Shown here in pieces: positions 32,344 through 42,089 of a stretch of 58,308 bases of DNA. Source of the stretch: a virus (Duplodnaviria > Heunggongvirae > Uroviricota > Caudoviricetes); IMG/VR virus record IMGVR_UViG_2778261696_000003; one strand, 5' to 3'. The position numbers and the translations under genes were made by a program. The notes beneath the pieces were generated by a model. That model did no database searches. It was not told where the DNA came from and saw nothing but the letters and a program-made list of their open reading frames with translations. How positions within the stretch are numbered: position 1 is the first letter of the stretch; each line of letters opens with the position of its first letter.

Positions 32344-34880
32344 TCAACTCTCGCGTAGTCATTCATCAACGGATCATCAATTGACAGTGGTACCGTGCGC
32401 ATAACGCCCGGCTGAGGCGTGCTGACCTTTACGACAGTTCCCTGGCCTTTCGCCGAGTCTTTGGTGTGCTCTTCAATCCTGGCAAGCAATGAGGTCATCT
32501 GCGCAAACAGCCGCTTCGTTTCACCATCAAGTGAAACGGTATTATCAGCCAACTGCATTGTCGGCTTGGCACCGGAACCGCCAAGGTCACTAATAACCTG
32601 CCCGTCTATCTGCATACGACCGGTTGGTTGCTGCAAATCGTTGGCGGCAGTCGTCACCTTGGACGTGGAGGCTGGTTCAGTCGCATTATTTTTCCGCATC
32701 CCCGGCGAGTTGCGGAGTTTATCGAATAGTCCATCAATCCCCATTTGTGCGCCGAGTTGGTCAAAGTAACTTGAGTTGCTGGCCACCGGACGCGCCTCTT
32801 CAACTGGCATCGGAGTATCAACATACACATTGCCAGCTGCTGTTGCGGTCCCCTTCCCTCGTGCACGTTCTTCGAGCGTTCCCTGAACGACTTCCCGACG
32901 CATACCCCGGCCATTCATGAATTTGTTGACCAGATCGTTAACGCCAACAGCATTGCCGATTTTGTCTACCAGACCGCCTTTCTCAAACGGGCTATCACCA
33001 GGGGTAAACGCCAGGCCAGTAGACTGATCGATAACAGCGTTATCAGGCAGTGGTCCCCTCACTCCATATTGCGCCCCACCCTGTGCTCCTGCTCCAGGTG
33101 TATAGATTTCACCACCTAAATAGCGAGCACGATGAGTATTGACCTTGATCGCGTACTCACGGTTTTCTTTCGATAAGTCACCTGTGCCTTTTTTCCACTT
33201 ATTGATAGTGCCAAACCCAGCGTTATATGCAGTGATGGCCTCGTTTAAGTCTCCATTGGCTTGCTTCAGATACTTGCTCATGAGAAGAGCCGCAGCTTCT
33301 GCCGATTTCACAGGATCAAACGATTCACCTTCAGCTAAGCCAGTCTCTTCACGAGCAATCCCCGTGAACTGAAACATTCCCAGAGCACCGGTTTGGGATT
33401 TTGCATACGGATTACCACCAGATTCAGTTGCAGCAATCGCGTAAAGAGTGCCTTCTGGAAGACCATATTTATTCTCTAGTTCAGCAAAATACGGAGCCAA
33501 CTTATCGAGATTTGCCTTACCTTCAGATCCAAGACTTCCGACTTTTACATCCAAGCGGCCATTGTTGTAGGTATCCGCAGCTTTCTGAATGTCATTCCTG
33601 GTGCCAGTGGTATTAAGCGACGATGATGACGAGCTATTTTGACCAATAGCTTTATCAATTTTCTGCAACGCGCTATTGCCCGTTTCTACGGCATTTGCAT
33701 TGATAATCTGATTCGCAGTTTCTTTAACTGTTTTATTGCTATCTTTCGCCGTGTCCAGTGCCGCATTTATCACGCGGGTAACAATATTAGTCTGTTTGGC
33801 ATCGGATTCAGTTTTAGAATCAGATGTCTCCTGGTGGCTATTAACCGGAGCTTTTAACTCTGGAGTGATTTCTTTCGCATTAGCCTCGCTCTTAACCGGA
33901 GCTTTTAACTCTGGAGCGATTTCTTTCGCATTAGCCTCGCTATTAACCGGAGCTTTTAACTCTGGAGTGATTTCTTTCGCATTAGCCTCGCCGATCGGAT
34001 TGGGTATTTTTGATACAATCATTGCCGCAGGGGTATTTTTAACGGCATCAACCGCTGCATCTAATGCTTTACCAGGTAAATTTTTAACCCCATCCCAAAT
34101 ATTACCAGCCGCCTCTTTAATGTGTTTCCCTGGGTTCTTAATGAAATCAATTGCACTATCAATTGCATCACTGAAAACCTGTTTCAGGTTATCAACAGTA
34201 AAGAAGTCTTTGATGGCATCCAGCTTTTCAAGCAGCTTATTAGATGTATCGCTAAACCATGCTGAAACAGCATCACCAATCTTTGCTGTGTAATCTTCGA
34301 ACTTGGTAGAAATGGTGTCGCCAAGGTTAGAAATATATGTTTCTAAGTTGGTAATCCCACTATCAATGGCCTGGGCAATACTTTCCGTCGAAAATGATTG
34401 CAACATATTGCCGATATCCTCAAATCCAAGTGATTTGAGAACCTCACCAATGGCGCTGCTAATACCAGATACCAGTCCCCCCATATCAAGAACATTGGCT
34501 AACGTATAAGCGGCTTTTTGCTGGAATGATGGATCTTGTCCTGATTTAAGCCCAAACGCTCGACGTTGCGCTTCTGTATCATTCCAACCGGTTACCGCAT
34601 CATAAATACCTCCAGCCACTGTGCCGACTAAGGGAATTGCGCGTAACGCCCCTTTACCAACTGCCTTTAATCCAAGTTTACCTGCTGCCCGGGCAGCCAA
34701 ATCTCCACCTTCATGGGCGATAGTCTTCTTGCCACCACCGCGTAGCATTCCTACAAGTTTCTTTGCCCCCAGAGCGCCAAAAGCGAGTGCTCCAGCTTTT
34801 TTCAGCATGCCACGCCCCATTAACAACGACGCGACGCCACCGGCCCCCTTCCCTAACAGGCTAAATAGTTTGGACAGCAA
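32340..34880 (-). CDS. sit: Sit-like tail protein with lytic transglycosylase domain, 846 aa
   Basis: SLT-type motif region (GALGMFQFTGIAREETG...AYNAGFGTINKW) and Gly-rich N-terminus. Confidence 0.65.
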   Translation of the reverse strand: MLSKLFSLLGKGAGGVASLLMGRGMLKKAGALAFGALGAKKLVGMLRGGGKKTIAHEGGDLAARAAGKLGLKAVGKGALRAIPLVGTVAGGIYDAVTGWNDTEAQRRAFGLKSGQDPSFQQKAAYTLANVLDMGGLVSGISSAIGEVLKSLGFEDIGNMLQSFSTESIAQAIDSGITNLETYISNLGDTISTKFEDYTAKIGDAVSAWFSDTSNKLLEKLDAIKDFFTVDNLKQVFSDAIDSAIDFIKNPGKHIKEAAGNIWDGVKNLPGKALDAAVDAVKNTPAAMIVSKIPNPIGEANAKEITPELKAPVNSEANAKEIAPELKAPVKSEANAKEITPELKAPVNSHQETSDSKTESDAKQTNIVTRVINAALDTAKDSNKTVKETANQIINANAVETGNSALQKIDKAIGQNSSSSSSLNTTGTRNDIQKAADTYNNGRLDVKVGSLGSEGKANLDKLAPYFAELENKYGLPEGTLYAIAATESGGNPYAKSQTGALGMFQFTGIAREETGLAEGESFDPVKSAEAAALLMSKYLKQANGDLNEAITAYNAGFGTINKWKKGTGDLSKENREYAIKVNTHRARYLGGEIYTPGAGAQGGAQYGVRGPLPDNAVIDQSTGLAFTPGDSPFEKGGLVDKIGNAVGVNDLVNKFMNGRGMRREVVQGTLEERARGKGTATAAGNVYVDTPMPVEEARPVASNSSYFDQLGAQMGIDGLFDKLRNSPGMRKNNATEPASTSKVTTAANDLQQPTGRMQIDGQVISDLGGSGAKPTMQLADNTVSLDGETKRLFAQMTSLLARIEEHTKDSAKGQGTVVKVSTPQPGVMRTVPLSIDDPLMNDYARVD

Positions 34881-34909
34881 GCCGCCCTTCTTTTTCCCGG
34901 TGTTTTTGG

Positions 34910-36604
34910 CTATCTGATCAAGGGCGCTGAGAATCTTGTCATTGCCCTCTTTAATTTCGCTGGTCTGCTCCTGAAGTTCCTGAACTGTCCGTTTTTGGGT
35001 GTTAACCTGAACGACATCGGCACTATTTTGCGATTTACGCCTAAAAAAACTTTTCTACGGCTGTTATCGTCATTGCCACGAATCACATCGGCAATAGACT
35101 TTCTGGCACCATTAAGCGATCCACCAACTTCTTTTGATATCCCGCCAAGCTCCTTCCCTGCTGCCCACAATGGACCAGCAACGGCATAACCTAACGCATC
35201 AACGGCACGAGTCTCTGAAGGGTTACCTATGCCTTCAGCTACTTTTGACAGTTTTTTTAATAAACCTGATTCAGCATTTAGACGCTCATCATCCTCTTTG
35301 CGCCTGGCCTTTTCAGCACGTTCAGCACGGGCATCTTCCGCTGCGGCCTTACTCCCTGACTTTCCAATAAAACGACCACGCGCATCGCGTTGGTTTTGGC
35401 TTTTTTGCGCACCGCCTTTTTGATCGAACATTTCGCGAGCGTGTTCGGCTGCTTCGGTCCGTTGTGCCTTTATATCCTCTGGTATAGCCTTCCTGCGTCG
35501 TTTTTTACCCTTTGGTGTAGTTGATTTGGCCTGCTGTTCCTGTTGAGCAATGCCCTCCTGAACTACACGAGAAACGTCCCCTAAATTAAGCCGTTTCATT
35601 GCGTCAACAATAGGGTCTACTGATGGCGCATTGGCCACAAAGTCTGGCCGGGAATTTTCGATTGTTCGATTTAATGCCGACACACTGCGAGATACTGGGT
35701 CAACCGTTGCAACGCGTTCCCCTTTCAAATCACGAGCGAGTTTGACCGTTTCTAACCGCTGTGCTTTAACATCCTCTGTTATTGCCTCTCTTCGTCTATT
35801 TGGGGGATTGTGCGCTGTTGGTGCAGCCTGCTGTTCACGGTTAGTGACTTTGTCCTCCCGTATACGAGAAACGTCCCCTAAATTAAGCCGTTTCATTGCG
35901 TCAACAATAGGGTCTACTGATGGCGCATTGGCCACAAAGTCTGGCCGGGAATTTTCGATTGTTCGATTTAATGCCGACACACTGCGAGATACTGGGTCAA
36001 CCGTTGCAACGCGTTCCCCTTTCAAATCACGAGCGAGTTTGACCGTTTCTAACCGCTGTGCTTTAACATCCTCTGTTATTGCCTCTCTTCGTCTATTTGG
36101 GGGATTGTGCGCTGTTGGTGCAGCCTGCTGTTCACGGTTAGTGACTTTGTCCTCCCGTATACGAGAAACGTCCCCTAAATTAAGCCGTTTNNNNNNNNNN
36201 NNNNNNNNNNNNNNNNNNNNNNNNNNNNNNNNNNNNNNNNNNNNNNNNNNNNNNNNNNNNNNNNNNNNNNNNNNNNNNNNNNNNNNNNNTGTTGGTGCAG
36301 CCTGCTGTTCACGGTTAGTGACTTTGTCCTCCCGTATACGAGAAACGTCCCCTAAATTAAGCCGTTTTATTGCGTCAACAATAGGGTCCACTGATGGCGC
36401 ATTGGTCACAAAGTCAGGACGTGAATTTTCGATTGTGCGATTTAATGCCGACACACTGCGAGATACTGGGTCAACAGTTGCAACTCGTTCCCCTTTCAAA
36501 TCTTCAACAGCTTCCCGGATACCTGCAAGCTCTTCCAGCTCTTTTGCACTGGCGGTTTCAACTGTCCTTATAACATCGTCAATGTTGGCGTTTTTTCTTT
36601 CCAT
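34910..36604 (-). CDS. Repeat-containing tape-measure-like protein (N-terminal module preceding sit), at least 564 aa; interrupted by assembly gap
   Basis: ORF contains X run from the N gap; 99-aa peptide unit repeated at least three times; basic coiled-coil C-terminal region. Confidence 0.5.
   Translation of the reverse strand: MERKNANIDDVIRTVETASAKELEELAGIREAVEDLKGERVATVDPVSRSVSALNRTIENSRPDFVTNAPSVDPIVDAIKRLNLGDVSRIREDKVTNREQQAAPTXXXXXXXXXXXXXXXXXXXXXXXXXXXXXXXXXKRLNLGDVSRIREDKVTNREQQAAPTAHNPPNRRREAITEDVKAQRLETVKLARDLKGERVATVDPVSRSVSALNRTIENSRPDFVANAPSVDPIVDAMKRLNLGDVSRIREDKVTNREQQAAPTAHNPPNRRREAITEDVKAQRLETVKLARDLKGERVATVDPVSRSVSALNRTIENSRPDFVANAPSVDPIVDAMKRLNLGDVSRVVQEGIAQQEQQAKSTTPKGKKRRRKAIPEDIKAQRTEAAEHAREMFDQKGGAQKSQNQRDARGRFIGKSGSKAAAEDARAERAEKARRKEDDERLNAESGLLKKLSKVAEGIGNPSETRAVDALGYAVAGPLWAAGKELGGISKEVGGSLNGARKSIADVIRGNDDNSRRKVFLGVNRKIVPMSFRLTPKNGQFRNFRSRPAKLKRAMTRFSAPLIR
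35500..36500. repeat. Tandem array of 297-bp (99-codon) repeats, at least 3.3 copies, copy number unresolved because of gap
   Basis: Unit starts at 35568, 35865 and 36162 (period 297); partial copy resumes after the N run. Confidence 0.8.
36191..36289. other. Assembly gap (99 N) inside the tandem repeat array
   Basis: Run of n characters in the sequence. Confidence 0.99.
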
Positions 36605-36685
36605 GATCTTATCGCCTACCGTTTCGGTTTAAGTTTTTCTTCCAGTTTCTCCAACAGGAAAAACGCATAGGATTCAGTAAGCCTT

Positions 36686-37567
36686 TCAGCGTCCTGAATC
36701 GGTATACCCCCATACAAAACCAGGTTGGACACTAAGGTCTGATAGCTTTTCAATCCCCACCTGTGGAATGAAGTCGGTAGCCCGAAAGGGCACCCACAGA
36801 CGGGTATACGCACCCTCTGTGGACTCCTTTTTATCCTGATTTGGGCATTTATGCGGCGGGAGACGAAGACGCATTTCACCTTTATCGATGTAGCACGGTA
36901 AACCATGTTCGAGCTTTTCATGAGCCAGTCGGATGTGTGCCGCCAGCTTCATAAATTCAGTATCAATGGCCATCCGTTTAATCGTTTCATAACGACGCTC
37001 AGCCTGATCTTCACGAGTACCGCTAACATCGTTATAAAGCTCACACTGATAAGCGAATTCCCAAAAACGCAAATCAACGATCGCTTCTTTGAATTCCGCG
37101 TCGTCTTCAGGTGGCAATGCTGCACGGCGCATCTCCAGCATTTCCATTGCCCAACCATCAAGCGGCACGATACGCCATTGATAAGGTACTCCCTCTACAG
37201 ACACCTCAATATCGTCAATGAAAGGTTCCACTTCCAGGACCTGGATATCTTCAGCCAGAGCATTCATATCGCAATCGTAATAATGCTCTTTACCGCAATG
37301 TTTACAGGTGTAAGTGAATGTCTCGACCGGTGTTTCACGGGAGCCGGTAAATATCCACCATAACGCGGTAATCCGGTCCTGCGCCGTCCATGTCAGGGGA
37401 TCATGTTTCGCGGGTTCAGCCAGCAAGGCTTTTAAATACGCCGTTGTCTGTTGTTCTTGTTCCTCCGGTGTTATCGAGTTGAAACGCATCGCATCAGCAA
37501 TATTTGGCTGACGGAACTGGATCAATTCAGTTGGCCGCGATGGTAGCGGGAAAAGGGGTAAAAGCAT
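36686..37567 (-). CDS. Phage structural/morphogenesis protein with Cys cluster (CKHCGKEHYYDCD), 293 aa
   Basis: ORF with possible zinc-binding motif; position in tail gene cluster. Confidence 0.4.
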   Translation of the reverse strand: MLLPLFPLPSRPTELIQFRQPNIADAMRFNSITPEEQEQQTTAYLKALLAEPAKHDPLTWTAQDRITALWWIFTGSRETPVETFTYTCKHCGKEHYYDCDMNALAEDIQVLEVEPFIDDIEVSVEGVPYQWRIVPLDGWAMEMLEMRRAALPPEDDAEFKEAIVDLRFWEFAYQCELYNDVSGTREDQAERRYETIKRMAIDTEFMKLAAHIRLAHEKLEHGLPCYIDKGEMRLRLPPHKCPNQDKKESTEGAYTRLWVPFRATDFIPQVGIEKLSDLSVQPGFVWGYTDSGR

Positions 37568-37581
37568 CCTTGCTCCTTAAT

Positions 37582-38193
37582 TCAAAGAGAAAAACTAAAG
37601 CCCAGAAGGGAAGCCAAAGAACTTGAGGATTGGTTAAACGTGCTGTGCAATGCGAAGGTCATTGGGAATGACTTAAATTCCGTAACCTGATCCCGCGCAT
37701 AGGTGACATCGCCGGTAGTGACCGGGAATACAGTCATCTCATTTTCCAGTTTGGTTAAGCCGGAAGACAGCAACCGATAAATACGCACATTGAGCAAATA
37801 TTTAGACGGTATATTCCCGGTACCGTCTGGATTAATCACCCGACTTTTTGCCGTCTTAAACCAGTCCAAAACGAGGCCATCAACGGTATCCCTGACCATC
37901 ATTGTTATCTGCCCTGGCGAACGCTCCGTTGGTTGAAGGATATTCCCTCCGCCGATTTTAATCGTTTCATATTCGATGCTGTAATCGTGGTAGGTAATAT
38001 CTTTGGCAAAGAAGTCTGCTCCCTCCAGTCCATCAACTTCGACAGAGAACTGCCATCCTTGCGCGAACAGCATTTTGTTCATGATGATTGACGTCAGCTT
38101 ACCAACTTCCCGCTCACCAACGCCGGAGCCAAATAATGTCGTCGTTAATGCCGAAGATACATAAGACTTTACTGAAGCAACATTAAGCCCCAT
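37582..38193 (-). CDS. Tail structural protein (tube-like candidate), 203 aa
   Basis: Synteny; no motif confirmation. Confidence 0.35.
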   Translation of the reverse strand: MGLNVASVKSYVSSALTTTLFGSGVGEREVGKLTSIIMNKMLFAQGWQFSVEVDGLEGADFFAKDITYHDYSIEYETIKIGGGNILQPTERSPGQITMMVRDTVDGLVLDWFKTAKSRVINPDGTGNIPSKYLLNVRIYRLLSSGLTKLENEMTVFPVTTGDVTYARDQVTEFKSFPMTFALHSTFNQSSSSLASLLGFSFSL

Positions 38194-38203
38194 ATCAGCC
38201 CCC

Positions 38204-38794
<591 letters not shown>

Positions 38795-38921
38795 TTAACC
38801 GATTCTACGAGTAGTCATTTGTTCATTGAGTAGGAATATTGTTGTCTGGGGGGTAATCAGTGTAGGTGGAATGAGGGATATGATATGGTTATCACATAAT
38901 CAGGTTGTTTTGAGTAAAACA

Positions 38922-38950
38922 ATAAAACGCCCTTTAATGGGCGTTTTTTT
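38922..38950. terminator. Bidirectional intrinsic terminator (AAAACGCCC-TTTAAT-GGGCGTTTTTTT)
   Basis: GC stem plus T7 run; downstream of sim-like operon. Confidence 0.6.
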
Positions 38951-38979
38951 AAAACTTAAATTGACTATCCTTTCAAATA

Positions 38980-39792
38980 CTATTTTAATTCTATGTAATT
39001 TTTAAATTCTCCCTCATATTTATACATGATGCTATCAAATCCTTCCATTACATCAACGAATTGTTGTGAACATTCCGGCTTCCAAGGCGTACACTTACGA
39101 ACCATATCCATTTTTTTCTTATCCTTCGTTGTATCGACTAAGGATAGGTACCCTATAAAATTCATCATCTGAACAGGATCTTGATTTGTGAATATATATT
39201 TGACGTTTTGCTTAGTAGGCGAAAAAGAATCAAAAGCAGGGAACATATATTCACCAGAAAAAGAGAGTGCAGCATCAATGACGTCTGTTGCAGGAGTGCA
39301 GTTGCTCAGAATTGGCACTAAGCTAAAATTAGCACCTGAGCACACTGCATATATATCATCCCCTTTTTTTAGTTTTAACAGAGAGTCTTGCTTTGAATCC
39401 AATATTTTCAATTTGATATAATTTAGTGGCGTTGCATTTTCCCCTGGAGTAAATAACTCTACAATTGGTTTATTATTCACCATTCTTATGGATTTTATTT
39501 CACCATACACAATTGGAATTGTGTTCCATTTTTCCTGAGCAGCAAATTCATTATCTTTAAAATCATTAACCAACTCAGATGGCAAATGATAACCAAATTG
39601 ATTGTTCATTGCTTTCGAAGCAAATCCAGACAAATAGAATGCCCTTACTAAATCATAATCTTTCTTTGAGGTAGAAAGCCAATCTGGCAATTTATTATCA
39701 GCTATCGCGCTTCCAGCAAAAATAGCACAACAAAATGTTATTACATTAAATAATTTCATTTTCCATTCACTCATTAATCGGTTTAAACTCAC
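38980..39792 (-). CDS. Secreted protein with signal peptide (SimC-like superinfection exclusion candidate), 270 aa
   Basis: N-terminal signal peptide (MKLFNVITFCCAIFAGSAIA); position between tail genes and immunity region as for P1 sim. Confidence 0.45.
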   Translation of the reverse strand: MSLNRLMSEWKMKLFNVITFCCAIFAGSAIADNKLPDWLSTSKKDYDLVRAFYLSGFASKAMNNQFGYHLPSELVNDFKDNEFAAQEKWNTIPIVYGEIKSIRMVNNKPIVELFTPGENATPLNYIKLKILDSKQDSLLKLKKGDDIYAVCSGANFSLVPILSNCTPATDVIDAALSFSGEYMFPAFDSFSPTKQNVKYIFTNQDPVQMMNFIGYLSLVDTTKDKKKMDMVRKCTPWKPECSQQFVDVMEGFDSIMYKYEGEFKNYIELK

Positions 39793-40102
39793 TAATTAAT
39801 TCACCAAGACTATTTGGGTATGCTTTATAAATAACATACTCCGAAGAGCCATCTGAATATTGGTAAGCCCCATAACAGATCAGTTTATTTATTCCTTTCT
39901 GAATAGTTTTTTGATTATAAGAATCAACCACTGTTATTCCATATGACGATAATATTTCGTTATATTCTTCAATAAGAGCTTTTCTTGTTTCCACTGAATT
40001 ACAATCTACCTTCGAAAAGTCAACTTCATCAGCAAAAACATTAAATGTTAAAAAGGAAAGCACTAAAAACAAACGAATCAGCATAAATCCACTCCTACGC
40101 AT
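39767..40102 (-). CDS. Small secreted protein (SimB-like), 111 aa
   Basis: Signal peptide (LFLVLSFLTFNVFA). Confidence 0.4.
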   Translation of the reverse strand: MRRSGFMLIRLFLVLSFLTFNVFADEVDFSKVDCNSVETRKALIEEYNEILSSYGITVVDSYNQKTIQKGINKLICYGAYQYSDGSSEYVIYKAYPNSLGELISEFKPINE

Positions 40103-40105
40103 GGA

Positions 40106-40237
40106 TTAATAGTCATTGATCGCAAAGGCGTAAACTTGCCAAAGGTATTTCGTATAATCGGTACAAATCTCCTTTACGCTTGATGCTGCATTAACAGTCC
40201 CAGCCATAAATAATAACGATAGTAATAGTTTTCTCAT
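40106..40237 (-). CDS. Small secreted peptide, 43 aa (not in ORF track)
   Basis: Manual translation MRKLLLSLLFMAGTVNAASSVKEICTDYTKYLWQVYAFAINDY; signal-peptide-like N-terminus. Confidence 0.3.
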   Translation of the reverse strand: MRKLLLSLLFMAGTVNAASSVKEICTDYTKYLWQVYAFAINDY

Positions 40238-40332
40238 TATAACCTCACCTGCCTTATAACCCATTTAGGGTACATATTTTCGCCTTTAAAAAAAAGAGGT
40301 TATTAGATCCAATTGTGTATTTATTAAGTAGA

Positions 40333-40349
40333 TAATGCTCTAATAAATT
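40333..40349 (+). promoter_or_regulatory. C1 repressor operator (aATGCTCTAATAAATTT) upstream of the c4-icd-ant operon
   Basis: 16/17 match to P1 C1 operator consensus ATTGCTCTAATAAATTT. Confidence 0.6.
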
Positions 40350-40519
40350 TGTATTTTTAAGTCACGAATGCTATCTTTTCGCATCATATTGACCTTTTAA
40401 TCGTTCAGGCTTATAGTTCCGCCGTCGTAGCAAATTCTGCGACCGGGTTTAGCAGCCTGAATGATTGTGCGGACAGCCGCAGATATCCGATATTGCGGTA
40501 TTTTTGTGTCCGTAAAACC

Positions 40520-40600
40520 GCGTTACGCCCAAATTATGGTGGGGCGTGATGGGGAGGCTTCGGCCTGCTGGTTTCACAATCGCCAGTCTGCTAACCCCGT
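40520..40600 (+). ncRNA. c4: Candidate c4-type antisense immunity RNA
   Basis: Segment carrying TCACAATC and CTGCTAAC, complementary to GATTGTG/GTTTAGCAG elements found both upstream (about 40447-40470) and downstream (about 40615-40650, covering the icd RBS). Boundaries approximate. Confidence 0.3.
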
Positions 40601-40664
40601 CACGTCCTGCCACCTGTTTAGCAGCGGGTAGCAGGTTGTTAAACCTGATTGTGAGGCCGTAACT

Positions 40665-40886
40665 ATGGTTAATGCCAATCCTTGCGCACGCCCAGAATTC
40701 ATCTGGCGTTTCTATTCCTGTAAAAAACACCACTATCACTTCGTTATCGCAGCAACTGAAGACGAAGCACGCTCTCAATTGCCTGATGGCCCCTGCATTT
40801 TTACTGCCCGTTTTTCAACTAACTCGCGCAATTCACTTAGTTACTGGAGCCTCCCCTTCTCTGCCGACGTTCAGGGGGGTTTATGA
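40665..40886 (+). CDS. icd: Icd-like small protein, 73 aa, overlapping ant start
   Basis: 73-aa ORF with GAGG RBS whose stop overlaps the ant ATG. Confidence 0.5.
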   Translation: MVNANPCARPEFIWRFYSCKKHHYHFVIAATEDEARSQLPDGPCIFTARFSTNSRNSLSYWSLPFSADVQGGL

Positions 40887-41926
40887 AAAAACCTCTCGTC
40901 ACCCGTAATGACATAGCCGAAGCGATCGCCCTGCATACTGCCTGTATACCGACACGGGAGATCCCCGGCGCAATTGCCAACTATTTCATGATAACCAGGC
41001 GTTTTTATACCCGAACAGATAAGGCTGTGATCAACAGGCTACTGATAGCCGAGATCAGGGATTATTTGATTGAACAAGGACGTCTACGTTACGCAACGGT
41101 GGCAGCAGAAATGAGAAAGGAGGCACATAGAATGACCAGTAATAATTTGAATGTTAAAAAACCAGCACCTGTTGCTTCAGCAACGCCAGCACCAGCCGTG
41201 AATGTCATCCCCACCACCGGAGACACAATCGACAGCCTGACACTGTTAAAGATGGTCAATGAAGCGCGTAAGTTATGTGGGGAACCAGAGGTTCGGAACA
41301 ACAAATTCATCGAAAAAATACTCGACGAATTAGAAGGTGAGGACGGTTACACAAAAAGTGCAACCGTGCCGCCAGGTGGCGGTACGCCTATGGTTGTCAT
41401 AACCATGACCTACAAACAAGCCCTGCGAGTCGCCGCGCGCGAATCGAAAGCGGTCCGCCGTTCGCTGATCGACAAACTGGAAGAATTGCAGCAGGCAAAC
41501 TCCCCTACCCCATCGATCCCCCAAACATTACCAGAAGCCCTACGCCTGGCTGCCGAGTTGGCAGAACAGAAATTGCAGCTGGAACAACAGCTGGTGGCCG
41601 CAGCCCCTAAAGTCGATTTTGCCGACCGGGTATCAGTGGCTAATGGAATCCTGATCGGGAACTTTGCAAAGGTCGTTGGACTTAAGCAAAACGCCCTTTT
41701 CTCATGGTTGCGCCAGAACGGCATTCTCATGGCTTTTGGTGCGCGCAAAAACGTACCGAGCCAGCAGTACATTAACGCCGGGTATTTCACGGTGAAAGAA
41801 GTGGTGCTGGATGATGAAAATGGCTACCAGATACGGCTGACGCCCCAATTAACGGGTAAAGGCCAGCAGTGGTTAACTCGCAAGCTACTTGATGCTGGTT
41901 TGTTAAAACCAGTAGCAATAGGTTAA
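40883..41926 (+). CDS. ant: Antirepressor Ant (KilAC/ANT C-terminal domain), 347 aa
   Basis: C-terminal domain near-duplicate of the KilA C-terminus (LPEALRLAAELAEQK...PKVDFADRV...GKGQQWL); position after c4/icd. Confidence 0.7.
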   Translation: MKKPLVTRNDIAEAIALHTACIPTREIPGAIANYFMITRRFYTRTDKAVINRLLIAEIRDYLIEQGRLRYATVAAEMRKEAHRMTSNNLNVKKPAPVASATPAPAVNVIPTTGDTIDSLTLLKMVNEARKLCGEPEVRNNKFIEKILDELEGEDGYTKSATVPPGGGTPMVVITMTYKQALRVAARESKAVRRSLIDKLEELQQANSPTPSIPQTLPEALRLAAELAEQKLQLEQQLVAAAPKVDFADRVSVANGILIGNFAKVVGLKQNALFSWLRQNGILMAFGARKNVPSQQYINAGYFTVKEVVLDDENGYQIRLTPQLTGKGQQWLTRKLLDAGLLKPVAIG

Positions 41927-41931
41927 CAAAA

Positions 41932-41964
41932 GAAAAAACCTGCCAGCAAACTGGCAGGTTTCTG
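41932..41964 (+). terminator. Intrinsic terminator after ant (CCTGCCAG-CAAA-CTGGCAGG then TTTCT)
   Basis: 8-bp GC stem followed by T-rich tract. Confidence 0.6.
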
Positions 41965-42003
41965 AGCAGATCGACCAACCCGATCTGGATCGAGTCAGAA
42001 AAA

Positions 42004-42020
42004 TTTGCTCTAATAAATTT
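42004..42020 (+). promoter_or_regulatory. C1 repressor operator (tTTGCTCTAATAAATTT) upstream of kilA-repL
   Basis: 16/17 match to P1 C1 operator consensus. Confidence 0.6.
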
Positions 42021-42089
42021 CGTTTTCTAAGTGCAAAGAATCACCATTTCGAGCTGGTGATTGAAGGTTGATGCAAATTTGGAGAAAAA

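Noticed and set aside
32340-36604. Single continuous sit gene interrupted by an in-frame stop (readthrough)
   Set aside because: Frame arithmetic shows the two ORFs are in different frames (offset 2), so an in-frame stop or readthrough is not supported; left as two ORFs or a possible frameshift.
35631-36632. 333-aa plus-strand ORF across the 297-bp repeat array
   Set aside because: Antisense to the repeat-containing gene and interrupted by the N gap; the repeat periodicity creates open frames on both strands; minus-strand gene preferred by operon context.
36616-36921. 101-aa ORF overlapping the 3' end of the 293-aa structural gene
   Set aside because: Same strand but a different frame within a supported gene; no independent start signal.
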